From Paludibacter sp. (GTDB lineage: Bacteria; Bacteroidota; Bacteroidia; Bacteroidales; Paludibacteraceae): 56,188 nucleotides of DNA. Of the stretch, positions 9,708-20,653 are shown piece after piece. The DNA lies in assembly GCA_020049515.1 (NCBI GenBank), contig JAIFKQ010000054.1:1-56188 (forward strand), in the 5' to 3' direction. The notes under the pieces were generated by a model. It searched no databases. It was not told where the DNA came from and saw only the letters and a list, made by a program, of their open reading frames with translations. The number at the start of each line of letters is the position of its first letter. The stretch's first letter is position 1. Position numbers and translations under genes: made by a program.

Positions 9708-11201
9708 TCACTTCACAAATTTATTTATTGCATTAATATATGCTTCCACCGAAGCTGCCACAATATCCGTATTGGCACCAAATCCGTAATATACAGCACC
9801 TTGATGTTCCACCTGCATGTGAACTTTGCCAATATCATCACTCCCTTTGTTGATGGCTTGAATGGTAAATTCTTGCAAAGTCATATTGCGTTTTATGATT
9901 TGTTTCAAAGCTTTGATAGCTGCATCTACTGGGCCATTACCGGAAGCAGCTGCTTCAAATTTTTCGTTGGCAATGATTAAACCAATACTGGCTACTGCCC
10001 TCACTCCTACGCCCGAAGTTACTTGCAAATAATCCAGTTTTATGCGTTGTTGTTCGCTCCGTTCTTGTCCTGCAAGCAACAAAACATCATCATCGTTAAT
10101 ATCTTTCTTTTTGTCAGCCAGCTTTAAAAAACCTTCGTAAATGGCATCAAGTTTTTCACCTTCCACTTCAACACCCAAAATGCTCAAACGGTGTTTTAGG
10201 GCTGCACGACCACTTCGGGCTGTTAATACGATTGAGTTTTCATCAAGACCCACATCTTTTGGATCCATAATCTCGTAGCTTTCGCGATTTTTCAACACTC
10301 CATCTTGGTGAATACCAGAAGAGTGCGCAAATGCATTGCGACCCACAACCGCCTTATTTGATTGTACAGGCATATTCATTAATCCAGATACCAAACGACT
10401 AGTAGAATGAATTTTCTGCGTATTTATTTGCGTTTCGATATTCAATCCTTTGTGGCATTTCAAAATCATGGCCACTTCTTCAAGAGCTGTATTACCTGCA
10501 CGTTCACCAATACCATTAATTGTAACTTCCACTTGACGAGCACCGTTCAGCACCCCAGCCATAGTGTTGGCAGTTGCCATACCTAAGTCATTGTGACAGT
10601 GAGTAGAAAGCACAGCGTTGTGAACACCTTTCACGTTTTCCATCAAGAATTTGATTTTTTCACCATACTCCCAAGGCAAACAATAACCTGTTGTATCAGG
10701 AATATTAACTACAGTTGCACCAGCTTTAATCACGGCTTCTACCACGCGAGCAAGATATACATTATCGGTTCGTCCAGCATCTTCGCAATAAAATTCTACA
10801 TCCTCTACATACTTTTTGGCATATTTTACTGCGGCAATGGCACGCTCAAGAATCTCGTCCTGAGTAGAATTGAATTTATATTTGATATGAAACTCTGATG
10901 TTCCAATACCCGTGTGAATACGTTTATTCTTAGCATACTGAAGTGCTTCGGCGGCCACATCTATATCTTTTTGCACACCACGGGTTAAAGCACAAATAGT
11001 TGGCCAAGTAACGGCTTTTGATATTTCAACAACCGAATTAAAATCACCAGGACTTGATATTGGAAATCCTGCTTCAATAACATCCACTCCCAAGCTTTCC
11101 AAAGCACGAGCCACCTGAATTTTCTCAACTGTATTCAATTGGCAACCAGGAACTTGCTCACCATCACGCAGGGTGGTATCGAAAATAAATAATCTATCCA
11201 T
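9708..11201 (-). CDS. leuA: 2-isopropylmalate synthase
   Basis: [41 protein letters not shown] and a C-terminal GNGPVDA regulatory domain. Confidence 0.97.
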   Translation of the reverse strand: MDRLFIFDTTLRDGEQVPGCQLNTVEKIQVARALESLGVDVIEAGFPISSPGDFNSVVEISKAVTWPTICALTRGVQKDIDVAAEALQYAKNKRIHTGIGTSEFHIKYKFNSTQDEILERAIAAVKYAKKYVEDVEFYCEDAGRTDNVYLARVVEAVIKAGATVVNIPDTTGYCLPWEYGEKIKFLMENVKGVHNAVLSTHCHNDLGMATANTMAGVLNGARQVEVTINGIGERAGNTALEEVAMILKCHKGLNIETQINTQKIHSTSRLVSGLMNMPVQSNKAVVGRNAFAHSSGIHQDGVLKNRESYEIMDPKDVGLDENSIVLTARSGRAALKHRLSILGVEVEGEKLDAIYEGFLKLADKKKDINDDDVLLLAGQERSEQQRIKLDYLQVTSGVGVRAVASIGLIIANEKFEAAASGNGPVDAAIKALKQIIKRNMTLQEFTIQAINKGSDDIGKVHMQVEHQGAVYYGFGANTDIVAASVEAYINAINKFVK

Positions 11202-11214
11202 AATTTTATTGTCT

Positions 11215-11242
11215 AAAGTCAAAAGTCAAAAAGTCAAAAGTC
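11215..11242. repeat. Short 7-8 nt tandem repeat (AAAAGTC)n upstream of leuA
   Basis: aaagtc-aaaagtc-aaaaagtc-aaaagtc. Confidence 0.7.
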
Positions 11243-11286
11243 GATTATAACGACCACTAACATAAAACAAGTGACATATTAATACT

Positions 11287-11321
11287 AAAAAAACCTTTCG
11301 CACCGAAGTGAGAAAGGCTTT
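11287..11321 (-). terminator. Attenuator terminator of the leu operon leader
   Basis: Minus strand reads CCTTTCTCAC-TTCG-GTGCGAAAGG-TTTTTTT. Confidence 0.85.
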
Positions 11322-11360
11322 ATATACTTATTGCATTGTTACATACATACCAACTCACTT

Positions 11361-11423
11361 CTACTTGTTTTGCAAGAGAATAATAATACCGAGTAGTAAA
11401 ATATGTAAGTAACTTCTGTTCAT
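11361..11423 (-). CDS. leu/cim operon leader peptide MNRSYLHILLLGIIILLQNK
   Basis: 20 codons including 6 Leu and 4 Ile. Lies between promoter TATCTTTG (11446-11453) and the terminator. Confidence 0.85.
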   Translation of the reverse strand: MNRSYLHILLLGIIILLQNK

Positions 11424-11445
11424 TGTCTGTTTTTTATAACCGCTG

Positions 11446-11453
11446 CAAAGATA
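11446..11453 (-). promoter_or_regulatory. -7 box of the leu operon promoter
   Basis: TATCTTTG on the minus strand, 22 nt before the leader ATG. Confidence 0.75.
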
Positions 11454-11552
11454 GCTATATTTTTGCAGTTGCAAAAGGAAAATGAAAATAATTTAATTGT
11501 ATTTCTGTCAATTCTCAATAAAAAGTTTAAAAAATATAGTGTTTTAGTATTT

Positions 11553-12149
11553 TCATAAACTTACACTGGAAATTTTAATGTTTATTTTTTCAAACTCATT
11601 TAATGCATTAAACAAAGATATACGCTGAAAGTTCAATATATCATCAAGTTTAATATTTTTTTCAATCAATTTGCCTTCTAATACTAATTGTGCCCTATTA
11701 ACCCCTTCAACTAATGGTTTTTCGGGCGTAAACCATTGTTTTCCATCGTATAATGCAATGTTGCAATAAGAAGTGTCCGTTAACAAACCATTTTTAACCA
11801 ACAAAACATCATCGCAATTTTCTCTTTGAGAAAAAGCTTTTTGATAATCAGCCCTTTCAGCCATTTTGTAAGGCAAATTAGGGATGTCAGTAACAACAAC
11901 TTTCAAAGTACAAATCATTGGAGAGTTATAAGGTAGAAATTCTATTAATCGGATTTGGGAATCATAAACTACACGACATTTAAACAAGCCTTTGGGTGGG
12001 AAATTTGTTTGATATAGAATTTCTATCAATTCAGGCACAACTTCATGAGGATAATACTCCGCCAAAGCTTTTTTAATCCGAATTTGATGCAGTGGGAGGC
12101 GCTTAAATTCACCGTCAAATAATTGAATTGTTTCAAGGAATTGGTACAT
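11553..12149 (-). CDS. pabC: Aminotransferase class IV / 4-amino-4-deoxychorismate lyase
   Basis: FLETI, KCRVVY, GLLTDTSYCNIA, TPEKPLVEGVNR and NAL. Overlaps the pabB stop. Confidence 0.8.
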   Translation of the reverse strand: MYQFLETIQLFDGEFKRLPLHQIRIKKALAEYYPHEVVPELIEILYQTNFPPKGLFKCRVVYDSQIRLIEFLPYNSPMICTLKVVVTDIPNLPYKMAERADYQKAFSQRENCDDVLLVKNGLLTDTSYCNIALYDGKQWFTPEKPLVEGVNRAQLVLEGKLIEKNIKLDDILNFQRISLFNALNEFEKINIKISSVSL

Positions 12150-13128
12150 AAACTTTCTGAATTAGTTCTTCATATTCTTTTTGCATTTCACTTCGGGCTG
12201 TAATTCCACCACCGCTTTTGAAAATCAATTTGTTACCATCATTTTCAATAAACCGAATCATAACTGCTGAGTCGAGATTTTCACCATCAAAATAGCCACA
12301 AACTCCTGTATAAAATCCTCGACTATATCCTTCGGCCATTTCAATTATTTCCAATGTTTTGGCTTTTGGTGCTCCACAGATAGAACCTGCTGGCAATAAA
12401 GCAAACAATATATCTCCTAGGTTTTTATAAAAATCAGAAGGTAACTGACCAGATACTTCAGAGCTAACTTGCAGTAAATCTTGCTGATTGGTAGTTAACT
12501 TTTCAATATATCTGTATCGTTTCACTTCTACATTAGTAGCCACTAAACTCAAATCGTTACGGATTAAATCTACAATGGTTGCATGTTCGGCCTTTTCTTT
12601 TGGGTTGTTGAGGATCATTTGTTCTGCATTAGGAATAGTTGCATCTATTGTTCCTTTCATCGGAAAAGAAGAAATTGTTTGACCCTGTATGCGCAAAAAA
12701 GTTTCGGGAGATAGTACGATAAACTTTTCCCTTAGCCACAATTTATATTTAGCCGGACCCTGTTTGTATAATTCAAACATGGATAAATTTGAGCTCACTT
12801 CGGTTGGCTGAGTTAGGTTGGTCAAAAAGGAATTGCCTATTTTTATTTGATTAATAACGTATTCAAATTTAGGCTTATACGAATTTAAAGATACTGGATT
12901 AATGTCCCAATTAAAAATTTCAAACGCTTCAATTGGTGTGTTGGTATCTGTATTTGGAAATTGAAATTGAATGTAATTAGCATCTAATTCATCATGTTTA
13001 ATAAGAAAACCACTTTCAGCTTTATAATCGATTATAAATATAAAAGGAACACGCAGCGACGCTAGCAAGTTAGTTTGATCAATAATTTGCTGCCTTTTCA
13101 ATCTATTATATGGAAAATGGTCTTTCAT
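12133..13128 (-). CDS. pabB: Aminodeoxychorismate synthase component I
   Basis: SPETF, PMKGT, KEKAEHATIVDLIRNDL, PAGSICGAPK, RGFYTG and SGGGIT. Confidence 0.92.
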   Translation of the reverse strand: MKDHFPYNRLKRQQIIDQTNLLASLRVPFIFIIDYKAESGFLIKHDELDANYIQFQFPNTDTNTPIEAFEIFNWDINPVSLNSYKPKFEYVINQIKIGNSFLTNLTQPTEVSSNLSMFELYKQGPAKYKLWLREKFIVLSPETFLRIQGQTISSFPMKGTIDATIPNAEQMILNNPKEKAEHATIVDLIRNDLSLVATNVEVKRYRYIEKLTTNQQDLLQVSSEVSGQLPSDFYKNLGDILFALLPAGSICGAPKAKTLEIIEMAEGYSRGFYTGVCGYFDGENLDSAVMIRFIENDGNKLIFKSGGGITARSEMQKEYEELIQKVYVPIP

Positions 13129-13456
13129 TGAAAATAGAAGGTTACATAAATCTTGTATCTAACATACTTAATGCACCCTTTTGTTTTTTGGGTATTTCAA
13201 CATTTATCTGATTTATATAACCTAGGCTTAGTAGTTAAGTTTAGTTATTATTTGGGGAATTTATAATGTTTTTCCATTATTACTTCATTCTATTTCAATT
13301 TATACTTTAACTCATAAATCAAAAACAATATCTAACCACATTTATTTTAACTATAAAACTGAATCAACCTAGATGTTTTAAACTTTAAAAGTTGAATCTA
13401 TGTTTGGGATAATTACAGAAATCACAAACCATATTTATTCACAAACCAACAACATA

Positions 13457-14680
13457 TTATCTTTTTTTATTTCTATGAAACGAACCTTTTCCTTTAGTAA
13501 AAGTTTTTTTTGCGTGTCGATTTTTCTCTGGACTGTACTCAGGAGCCTCGCCTAATTCTTCGGGAATAGGAATTTTGTAAATATCTTTTTCAAGAAATTC
13601 TTCAATCATTTTAAATTTATATTGCTCCTCGGTACTTACAAAAGTGATAGCCATTCCTTTGGCACTTGCACGCGCAGTACGTCCAATACGGTGTACATAA
13701 TCTTCGGCATCATGTGGCACATCGTAATTGATAACCAACGATATATCATCAATATCAATGCCTCGCGATACAATATCTGTTGCCACAAGTATATTTACTC
13801 GGTTATTTTTAAATTCGTGCATTACATGATCCCTTTGTACTTGGTCCAGGTCGGAATGCATTTCACCCACCGAAAGACCCATTTGGCGAAATGATTTGTA
13901 AAGCTCTTTAACTTTGAGCTTTGAGCCCGAAAAAATAATGACTTTGTTTGGTTCTTGACCTACAAAAAGGTTGCGGATAATACCTGGCTTTTGGGCTTCG
14001 TGACAAATATAAGCCGTTTGCATTATCCCTTCAGGTGGTTTTGAAACTGCAATTTTCACTTCCACGGGATTATTCAATATCGTTTTTGCTAGCTGACGAA
14101 TTTTGGGCGGCATGGTAGCCGAAAACATAATTGTTTGGCGGTCTTTAGGTAAACGATTCACCACCTGCATAATATCATCGAAAAAGCCCATGTCGAGCAT
14201 ACGATCAGCTTCGTCGAGAATGAAGTATTTGACCTGCGAAAAATCTATCTCATAAAGATTGAGGTGTGAAAGGAGTCGCCCAGGAGTGGCAATAACCACA
14301 TCGGCACCTTTTTGCAATCCTTTTCGTTGCACATCCCAAGCTTGAGCATCGTTGCCACCATAAACGGCTACAGACGAAAATGAAGTGAAGTAAGAAAATC
14401 CTTCCATTTGCTGGTCAATTTGTTGTGCCAATTCGCGCGTTGGTGCCATAATTATCGCGTTTACTGCATTTTCGGCATGCGGTTCTGATTGCAAATTATG
14501 CAAAAGTGGCAATATAAAAGCTGCTGTTTTGCCAGTACCCGTTTGAGCACAAGCAATTACATCGCGTTTCTGTAAAATTACGGGGATAGTTTCGGCTTGT
14601 ACCGGAGTGGCTTCTTTAAAATTCATGGCTTGTAATCCGTCAAGCACGGCATCACAAAGAGGAAGTTCGTCAAATCTCAT
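13457..14680 (-). CDS. DEAD-box RNA helicase (RhlE-like)
   Basis: AQTGTGKT, PTRELA, TPGRL, DEAD, SAT and HRIGRT. Start at MRFDEL; promoter TACCTTTG at 14702-14709. Confidence 0.95.
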   Translation of the reverse strand: MRFDELPLCDAVLDGLQAMNFKEATPVQAETIPVILQKRDVIACAQTGTGKTAAFILPLLHNLQSEPHAENAVNAIIMAPTRELAQQIDQQMEGFSYFTSFSSVAVYGGNDAQAWDVQRKGLQKGADVVIATPGRLLSHLNLYEIDFSQVKYFILDEADRMLDMGFFDDIMQVVNRLPKDRQTIMFSATMPPKIRQLAKTILNNPVEVKIAVSKPPEGIMQTAYICHEAQKPGIIRNLFVGQEPNKVIIFSGSKLKVKELYKSFRQMGLSVGEMHSDLDQVQRDHVMHEFKNNRVNILVATDIVSRGIDIDDISLVINYDVPHDAEDYVHRIGRTARASAKGMAITFVSTEEQYKFKMIEEFLEKDIYKIPIPEELGEAPEYSPEKNRHAKKTFTKGKGSFHRNKKR

Positions 14681-15273
14681 GGAATAATTATTAATATCTT
14701 GCAAAGGTACGCATTTTAAAGTGACCGCCAACTTCTTAAATGATTATTTGATAAAAACCAACAATTGTATAAAATAAACGGATGAAAAAGTCAGAAAAAA
14801 ATCACGCATAATTAACATTATTTGGGAGTATTGAGAACTAATTGTAAATTTAGCATGTAAATAATTATTCGAATAGTTAACCCATGTAAACTAAATAATA
14901 AAATTTCATCTTACTGCCGTTGCGTTAATTGTTAGCATTTATCAATGAATAAATCAAACTGAAGTTGTTTGACATTTTGATTTAATCTGAGATTTGCTAA
15001 GTAGTTTTATTATAGAGTTTTGTCAAACTCATAGAAATCGAATATTTGCATTATATCGTAAATATAAAGATTACGACCTTACTTTTCTTGACGCAAAATT
15101 ACATTTTCAAATCAAATCGTAAAATAAAAGAACGCTTATTTATATCAGGCAGTTATAAGTATATATTAAAAATTAGCGCAACAGCAGTAATTTCAACTTA
15201 TAAAGTCCATCTTCGTTGGGTGTACAAAATGTGGGACAGAAAAGAATAATACACAAACTTAGAATTGCACTTA

Positions 15274-15975
15274 TTATTTGTAAATCAAAAATATACAAGG
15301 CCTTTTGCTCAAATCGGGTAATTTCGTTTTCCACTCTTTTACTGTTTTTGTTTTGATAAACTCCGTTTCCAAGGTAATATCAACAGCAATGCAAAGATGG
15401 GTGTTTGGCTGGCAGGTTTGAAGAATTTCCTCTAACATTTTCATGTTACGGTAAGGAGTTTCGATAAAAATTTGAGATTGATTTTCGGAATATGCCCTCG
15501 ATTCAAGTTTTTTCAGAGCTTTTGCTCTTTCGCCTGGCTGTATGGGCAAATAGCCTACAAATGCAAAGCTCTGTCCGTTGAATCCAGAAGCCATCAGTGA
15601 AAGTAATATTGAAGATGGTCCAACAAGAGGAACTACGGTGAAATTGTTTTTTTGGGCAATAGCCACTACGTCAGCTCCAGGATCGGCAATAGCAGGACAG
15701 CCAGCCTCCGAAAGCACCCCCATATCATTTCCTTCGTACATTGGACGCAGAAAATCACTCAACTCTTCGGGAGTAGTATGCTGATTAAGAATATAAAAAG
15801 TCAAACTATCAATATCGATAGCCTGATTTGTTTTTTTCAGAAAACGTCTAGCTGTTCGCACATCTTCTACAATAAAATGCTTCAGATTACTAACAATTTC
15901 AGTATTGTTTGCAGGCAAAATTTTGTCGAAAGAACATTCGCCTAAGGAAGTAGGGATAAGATATAAGGTTCGCAT
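15274..15975 (-). CDS. Tetrapyrrole-methylase-fold SAM methyltransferase (RsmI-like)
   Basis: LYLIPTSLG, SEAGCPAIADPG, VVPLVGPSS and FIETPYRN. Confidence 0.88.
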   Translation of the reverse strand: MRTLYLIPTSLGECSFDKILPANNTEIVSNLKHFIVEDVRTARRFLKKTNQAIDIDSLTFYILNQHTTPEELSDFLRPMYEGNDMGVLSEAGCPAIADPGADVVAIAQKNNFTVVPLVGPSSILLSLMASGFNGQSFAFVGYLPIQPGERAKALKKLESRAYSENQSQIFIETPYRNMKMLEEILQTCQPNTHLCIAVDITLETEFIKTKTVKEWKTKLPDLSKRPCIFLIYK

Positions 15976-15992
15976 TTAATGAAGAGTTTGAG

Positions 15993-16016
15993 GTCCCGAT
16001 AGCTATCGATCGGGAT
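15993..16016. repeat. ATCCCGATAGCTATCGGGAC-type palindrome, copy 1
   Basis: gtcccgatagctatcgatcgggat. A related copy lies at 42803-42825. Confidence 0.7.
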
Positions 16017-16063
16017 GAAAATTTGAAGATTTGGAGAAAAAACGAACTACAAACTGATTACTA

Positions 16064-18007
16064 TTAACTATTAACTATAAGTTCTTCTAGTTCTTCACTT
16101 AACAATTCCCACTCATACACTTTTTGTTCCAGTTCTCGTTTTTTTCGTTGGTAAAGTTGAATGTATTCATTGTCGGATGCTTTTTCGGGTTTTTCTAGTT
16201 GTTTATCCATTTCTGCAATATCCTCTTCAAATTTCGAAATGGATTTTTCCATTTCTTCCACTGCCCTTTCGGCTTTCTTTACTTTTCGGTTTTGTTCTTT
16301 GCGCGCTTCGTAGCTCAGTTTATTTTCCGATACTCCTTTGTCAACAGATTCAGCAGCAGCTGCTTTTAATGACGTAGAAATTTCTAGCTCACGTAAAGTA
16401 TCCATTTTTTTGTATTGGAGAAATTCGTAAATTCCGCCCAAATGTTCTCGTACTTTTTTATTTCCAAACTCATACACTTTTGTCACTAATCCGTTCAAAA
16501 ATTCACGGTCGTGTGAAACAACAATTACTGTTCCATCAAATGCTTTTATAGCTTCTTTCAATACATCTTTGGAGCGCATATCGAGGTGATTGGTTGGTTC
16601 GTCCAAAATAAGCAAATTTACGGGTTCCAGCAGTAAGCGAATCATTGCCAGCCTACTACGTTCACCACCCGAAAGTACTTGTACTTTTTTGTCCGACGCT
16701 TCACCCCCAAACATAAATGCACCCAAAATGTCTCTAATTTTTGTACGCACATCGCCTACAGCCACATAATCAATGGTTTCGAACACGGTTCGGGTTTCGT
16801 CAAGCATAGAAGCTTGATTCTGGGCAAAATATCCAATTTTTACATTGTGTCCTAGTTTCATTGTACCAGAATACTCAATTTCCTCCATCAAGCACTTTAC
16901 AAGTGTACTTTTTCCCTCACCGTTTTTGCCTACAAAAGCTACCTTTTCGCCTCTATTGATTATCATCCCAATATTATCGAGAATCAAATTATCACCGTAA
17001 GCTTTGGATAAATGCTCAACTTCCACAGGAATACTTCCCGACCGCGGTGCAGGTGGAAATTTCAAACTAAGGCGGGAATTGTCCTCTAAATCAACTTCCA
17101 AACGTTCAAGTTTATCTAGTTGTTTGGCGCGCGATTGTACCTGAACAGCCTTGGTAGCCTGATATCGAAAACGAGCTATAAATTCCTCCGTTTCCTGAAT
17201 GTGTTTCTGTTGGTTTTCGTAAGCACGCACTTGTTGCTCATGTCGTTCTATTCTCAACACGAGGTATTTGGAATAATTTACATTGTAATCGTAAATTTTA
17301 CCCAGTGAAATTTCGATAGTTCTACCAGTAACCGCATCAATAAATGCCCTATCGTGTGAAACTAGCAAAATGGCACTATTGGAAGTTGTAAGGAAATTTT
17401 CGAGCCATTGAATTGACTCAATATCAAGGTGATTAGTAGGCTCATCTAGTAGTAGAACGTCGGGCCGAAGTAACAGTATTTTCGCCAATTCAACACGCAT
17501 TCGCCACCCGCCACTAAACTCTGAGCATTGACGATCAAAATCAGAACGCATAAATCCTAATCCCATCAAGGTTTTTTCAATCTCGCCAATAAAATTCCCA
17601 TTTCCAATAATTTGCAAATGTTCATTATCGTGTGTGAGTTTATCGATAAGTTGGTGGTATGCTTCACTTTCGTAGTCGGTTCTTTCGGCCAACTGAATGT
17701 TCATTCGTTCAATTTCAGCTTGCAAATCTGTAATGTGCTCAAATGCTTTTTCAGCTTCTTGCATCACCGTGGTGCCCTCATTGTGAATCATGTGTTGGGG
17801 CAAATAACCTATTGTGAGGTCTTTGGGAACGGTTATTCTTCCCTTTGTAGGTTGCTGTTTGCCCGAGAAAATGCGAAGAAGTGTTGTTTTTCCAGCTCCG
17901 TTTTTTCCTACGAGTGCAATCTTCTCTTTAGGATTAACTAAGAAACTAATTTCATCAAAAAGCGGAGAACCGCCAAATTCAACAGTAAGTTGTTCTACAG
18001 AAATCAT
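16064..18007 (-). CDS. ABC-F family ATP-binding protein
   Basis: Two ABC domains (GKNGAGKT/FSGGW/DEPTNHLD and GKNGEGKS/LSGGE/DEPTNHLD), no TM segments, C-terminal coiled coil. Confidence 0.95.
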   Translation of the reverse strand: MISVEQLTVEFGGSPLFDEISFLVNPKEKIALVGKNGAGKTTLLRIFSGKQQPTKGRITVPKDLTIGYLPQHMIHNEGTTVMQEAEKAFEHITDLQAEIERMNIQLAERTDYESEAYHQLIDKLTHDNEHLQIIGNGNFIGEIEKTLMGLGFMRSDFDRQCSEFSGGWRMRVELAKILLLRPDVLLLDEPTNHLDIESIQWLENFLTTSNSAILLVSHDRAFIDAVTGRTIEISLGKIYDYNVNYSKYLVLRIERHEQQVRAYENQQKHIQETEEFIARFRYQATKAVQVQSRAKQLDKLERLEVDLEDNSRLSLKFPPAPRSGSIPVEVEHLSKAYGDNLILDNIGMIINRGEKVAFVGKNGEGKSTLVKCLMEEIEYSGTMKLGHNVKIGYFAQNQASMLDETRTVFETIDYVAVGDVRTKIRDILGAFMFGGEASDKKVQVLSGGERSRLAMIRLLLEPVNLLILDEPTNHLDMRSKDVLKEAIKAFDGTVIVVSHDREFLNGLVTKVYEFGNKKVREHLGGIYEFLQYKKMDTLRELEISTSLKAAAAESVDKGVSENKLSYEARKEQNRKVKKAERAVEEMEKSISKFEEDIAEMDKQLEKPEKASDNEYIQLYQRKKRELEQKVYEWELLSEELEELIVNS

Positions 18008-18284
18008 TTAGGAAGTTTTGATTGTTAGAATTTATTGCTACGAAAGGATTATATTTTTTGATTAGCTTATCTGTTTCAACATTTTTCTTTGAATTGTAAA
18101 TGCAAATTATTAGAATACAGTAATGACTAGCCATTTAATTAGCAACGCAATAATTAACTAAACATTAAGTATCCCAAATTTATCAGAACAAATTAACGTT
18201 TACAAATTCTTGCAATGCTATACTGATTATAATAAGAATTTAAATGGTTCAATATGAAAATTAGACATATTAAACTTTTCTAAA

Positions 18285-20222
18285 TTAGACATCTAATCTT
18301 TCATACTGTGAATTTTTACTGAGAAATTCAGGTACAATTTTTTTCATCAGCGAAACAGTAAGGAAATTTTTACAAAGCATGCTATATTGTATCAATTCAT
18401 CAATTCGCAAAGAAATTTCGTCATAATCATACATTTGAACTGTAGCAATCATAATTTTAGGATGGTGGGTTGGCATAGTCTTTTCTTTATGATTCAATAG
18501 TTCTTCATACAGCTTCTCTCCTGGTCGCAATCCAGTAAATTCTATTTTAATGTCAACTTCGGGAGTAAACCCAGCCAGTCGAATCATTTTTTTAGCAAGG
18601 TTTACTATTTTCACAGGACTTCCCATGTCAAAAATAAATATCTCACCACCTTCTCCCATTGCCCCTGCTTCTAAGACTAACATACAAGCCTCTGGAATAG
18701 TCATGAAATAACGAATTATTTCGGGATGAGTAACAGTTACGGGTCCCCCTTTTTCAATTTGATTTTTAAAATGAGGTATTACCGAACCATTTGACCCTAA
18801 AACATTTCCAAAGCGAGTAGTAATAAATTTAGTATTATGATTACCTTCGGCAATAAGTTTTTTGAATAATGATTGTACATAAATTTCTGCAATTCGCTTG
18901 GAAGCGCCCATCACGTTGGTTGGATTAACTGCTTTATCAGTAGAAACCATTACAAATCGCTCCACTTTATACTTAACAGCCAAATCGGCCATAGTTTTAG
19001 TCCCTTTAACGTTTACTTGAATACTTTCAACAGGATTATCCTCCATAAGTGGTACATGCTTATAGGCTGCAGCATGATAGATATAATCTGGTCTGTACAT
19101 ATCCATCATGTATTCCATACGTTCTTTGTTACGAACATCCCCTAAAAAAGCAGTGAAGATTTGATCTGGAAATTGTTCTTCCAATTCCAATTTCAAGGTA
19201 TGCATTGGTGATTCGGCCTGATCCAATAATACAATTAAAGCAGGATTGTAATTAATTACTTGTCGTACAATTTCGCTACCTATTGAACCGGCAGCTCCTG
19301 TTATTAATATAACCTTGTTTTTAAGAAGTTTTGCTATATTTTCTGTGGAAATACTAATTTGAGCTCGCTCTAGCAAATCTTCAATTTGAATTGATTTAAT
19401 TTGCTTAATGGTTGGCATATCATTTTTCCAAATGCTCATTGGTGGTGAGGTAAGTATAGACAAATTATTATTTAAAAATATGTCTAAATCAGTTTTGGGA
19501 TTAATTTCCTTCATTTTCAAAGGTGAAACAATGATGGCTTTGGCTTTTTTAGCCACAATATTTTTTATTGTGGCTTCATCCAGCTTATAAACTTTCAAAC
19601 CCATTATTAACCTTTCTGTAGCATTTTTATCATCATCGATAAAGCCAACCAATTTGTATTTATTCTCGGGACCCGACCGAAGAAATTTGGCTATACCAAT
19701 ACCTGCAGATTTTGAACCATAAATCATTACTGGAGTTATCTGACCTGAATTTTGGCTAAAATAATCATAGATAGACTTAACGGCTAATCTAACAATAAAT
19801 AGAAGTAAAAATGACAATACCGCATAAACTAAAAGCGAGGTATAATAAAATAAATACTCTGAGTTTGTAAAATAAAAAATATAATTAATAAGGATAATTA
19901 AACCAACATTTAAAAGTACGGCCATCAACAATTTGGCAGCATCTACATAACCTGAATACCTTAAAACACCAGAATAGGTATGAAACAACCAGAAAAAAAC
20001 AATTTGAAGGCATATTACAAATCCAACTCTTTGATAAAAGGAAAATACTCTTTCGTCTAATCTAGAATTAAACAGTTGTGCTGAAATGTAATGTGCTGCA
20101 TAATAAGAAGCTATGCAAATAATTACATCCAAACAAAGTACCAACCATCGTGGAATATATTTCAAATTGACCAAATGTGAGAACATATCTGAGTTTCTAA
20201 GGAAAAGAAATTTATCATCCAT
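18285..20222 (-). CDS. Nucleoside-diphosphate sugar epimerase/dehydratase (CapD/PglF/WbpM-like)
   Basis: N-terminal TM helices, GAAGSIGSE, HAAAYKHVP, STDKAVNPTNVMGASKR, RFGNVLGS and GLRPGEKLYEEL. Confidence 0.93.
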   Translation of the reverse strand: MDDKFLFLRNSDMFSHLVNLKYIPRWLVLCLDVIICIASYYAAHYISAQLFNSRLDERVFSFYQRVGFVICLQIVFFWLFHTYSGVLRYSGYVDAAKLLMAVLLNVGLIILINYIFYFTNSEYLFYYTSLLVYAVLSFLLLFIVRLAVKSIYDYFSQNSGQITPVMIYGSKSAGIGIAKFLRSGPENKYKLVGFIDDDKNATERLIMGLKVYKLDEATIKNIVAKKAKAIIVSPLKMKEINPKTDLDIFLNNNLSILTSPPMSIWKNDMPTIKQIKSIQIEDLLERAQISISTENIAKLLKNKVILITGAAGSIGSEIVRQVINYNPALIVLLDQAESPMHTLKLELEEQFPDQIFTAFLGDVRNKERMEYMMDMYRPDYIYHAAAYKHVPLMEDNPVESIQVNVKGTKTMADLAVKYKVERFVMVSTDKAVNPTNVMGASKRIAEIYVQSLFKKLIAEGNHNTKFITTRFGNVLGSNGSVIPHFKNQIEKGGPVTVTHPEIIRYFMTIPEACMLVLEAGAMGEGGEIFIFDMGSPVKIVNLAKKMIRLAGFTPEVDIKIEFTGLRPGEKLYEELLNHKEKTMPTHHPKIMIATVQMYDYDEISLRIDELIQYSMLCKNFLTVSLMKKIVPEFLSKNSQYERLDV

Positions 20223-20653
20223 AAAATTTGTAATTAAAGAATTCTGAAGGTTTAAATTGGCTTTGCAAAGGTAACTTTAATCTGCGAAAGAATAATCTTA
20301 TTTTTCCATTTTAACCTATATAGAGCATTACTATAATTTATAGTATTTATTATCAAATTGATTTATAAACATATAAAAGCTCTCTCATTGCCAAAGAAAT
20401 TGATTTTTTAAATGATATTCATTTGTATGTGCTTAATTTGTTATATAGCTTGTATTGTTGTGATAATTTTAAATATGCCATGTAATGGAACAATTAGATT
20501 CCAATTTATACGAATCAAAGCAATTCTAAAGTATATCAATAAAAAGTATTACAAATTCAAATATAAAAGAAACGTTGCTTAATGAAAATAATTAAAATTG
20601 TAGATTGAAAATAATATATCTACCTTTGCCATCCGAACCAAAAAAAAGAAATT

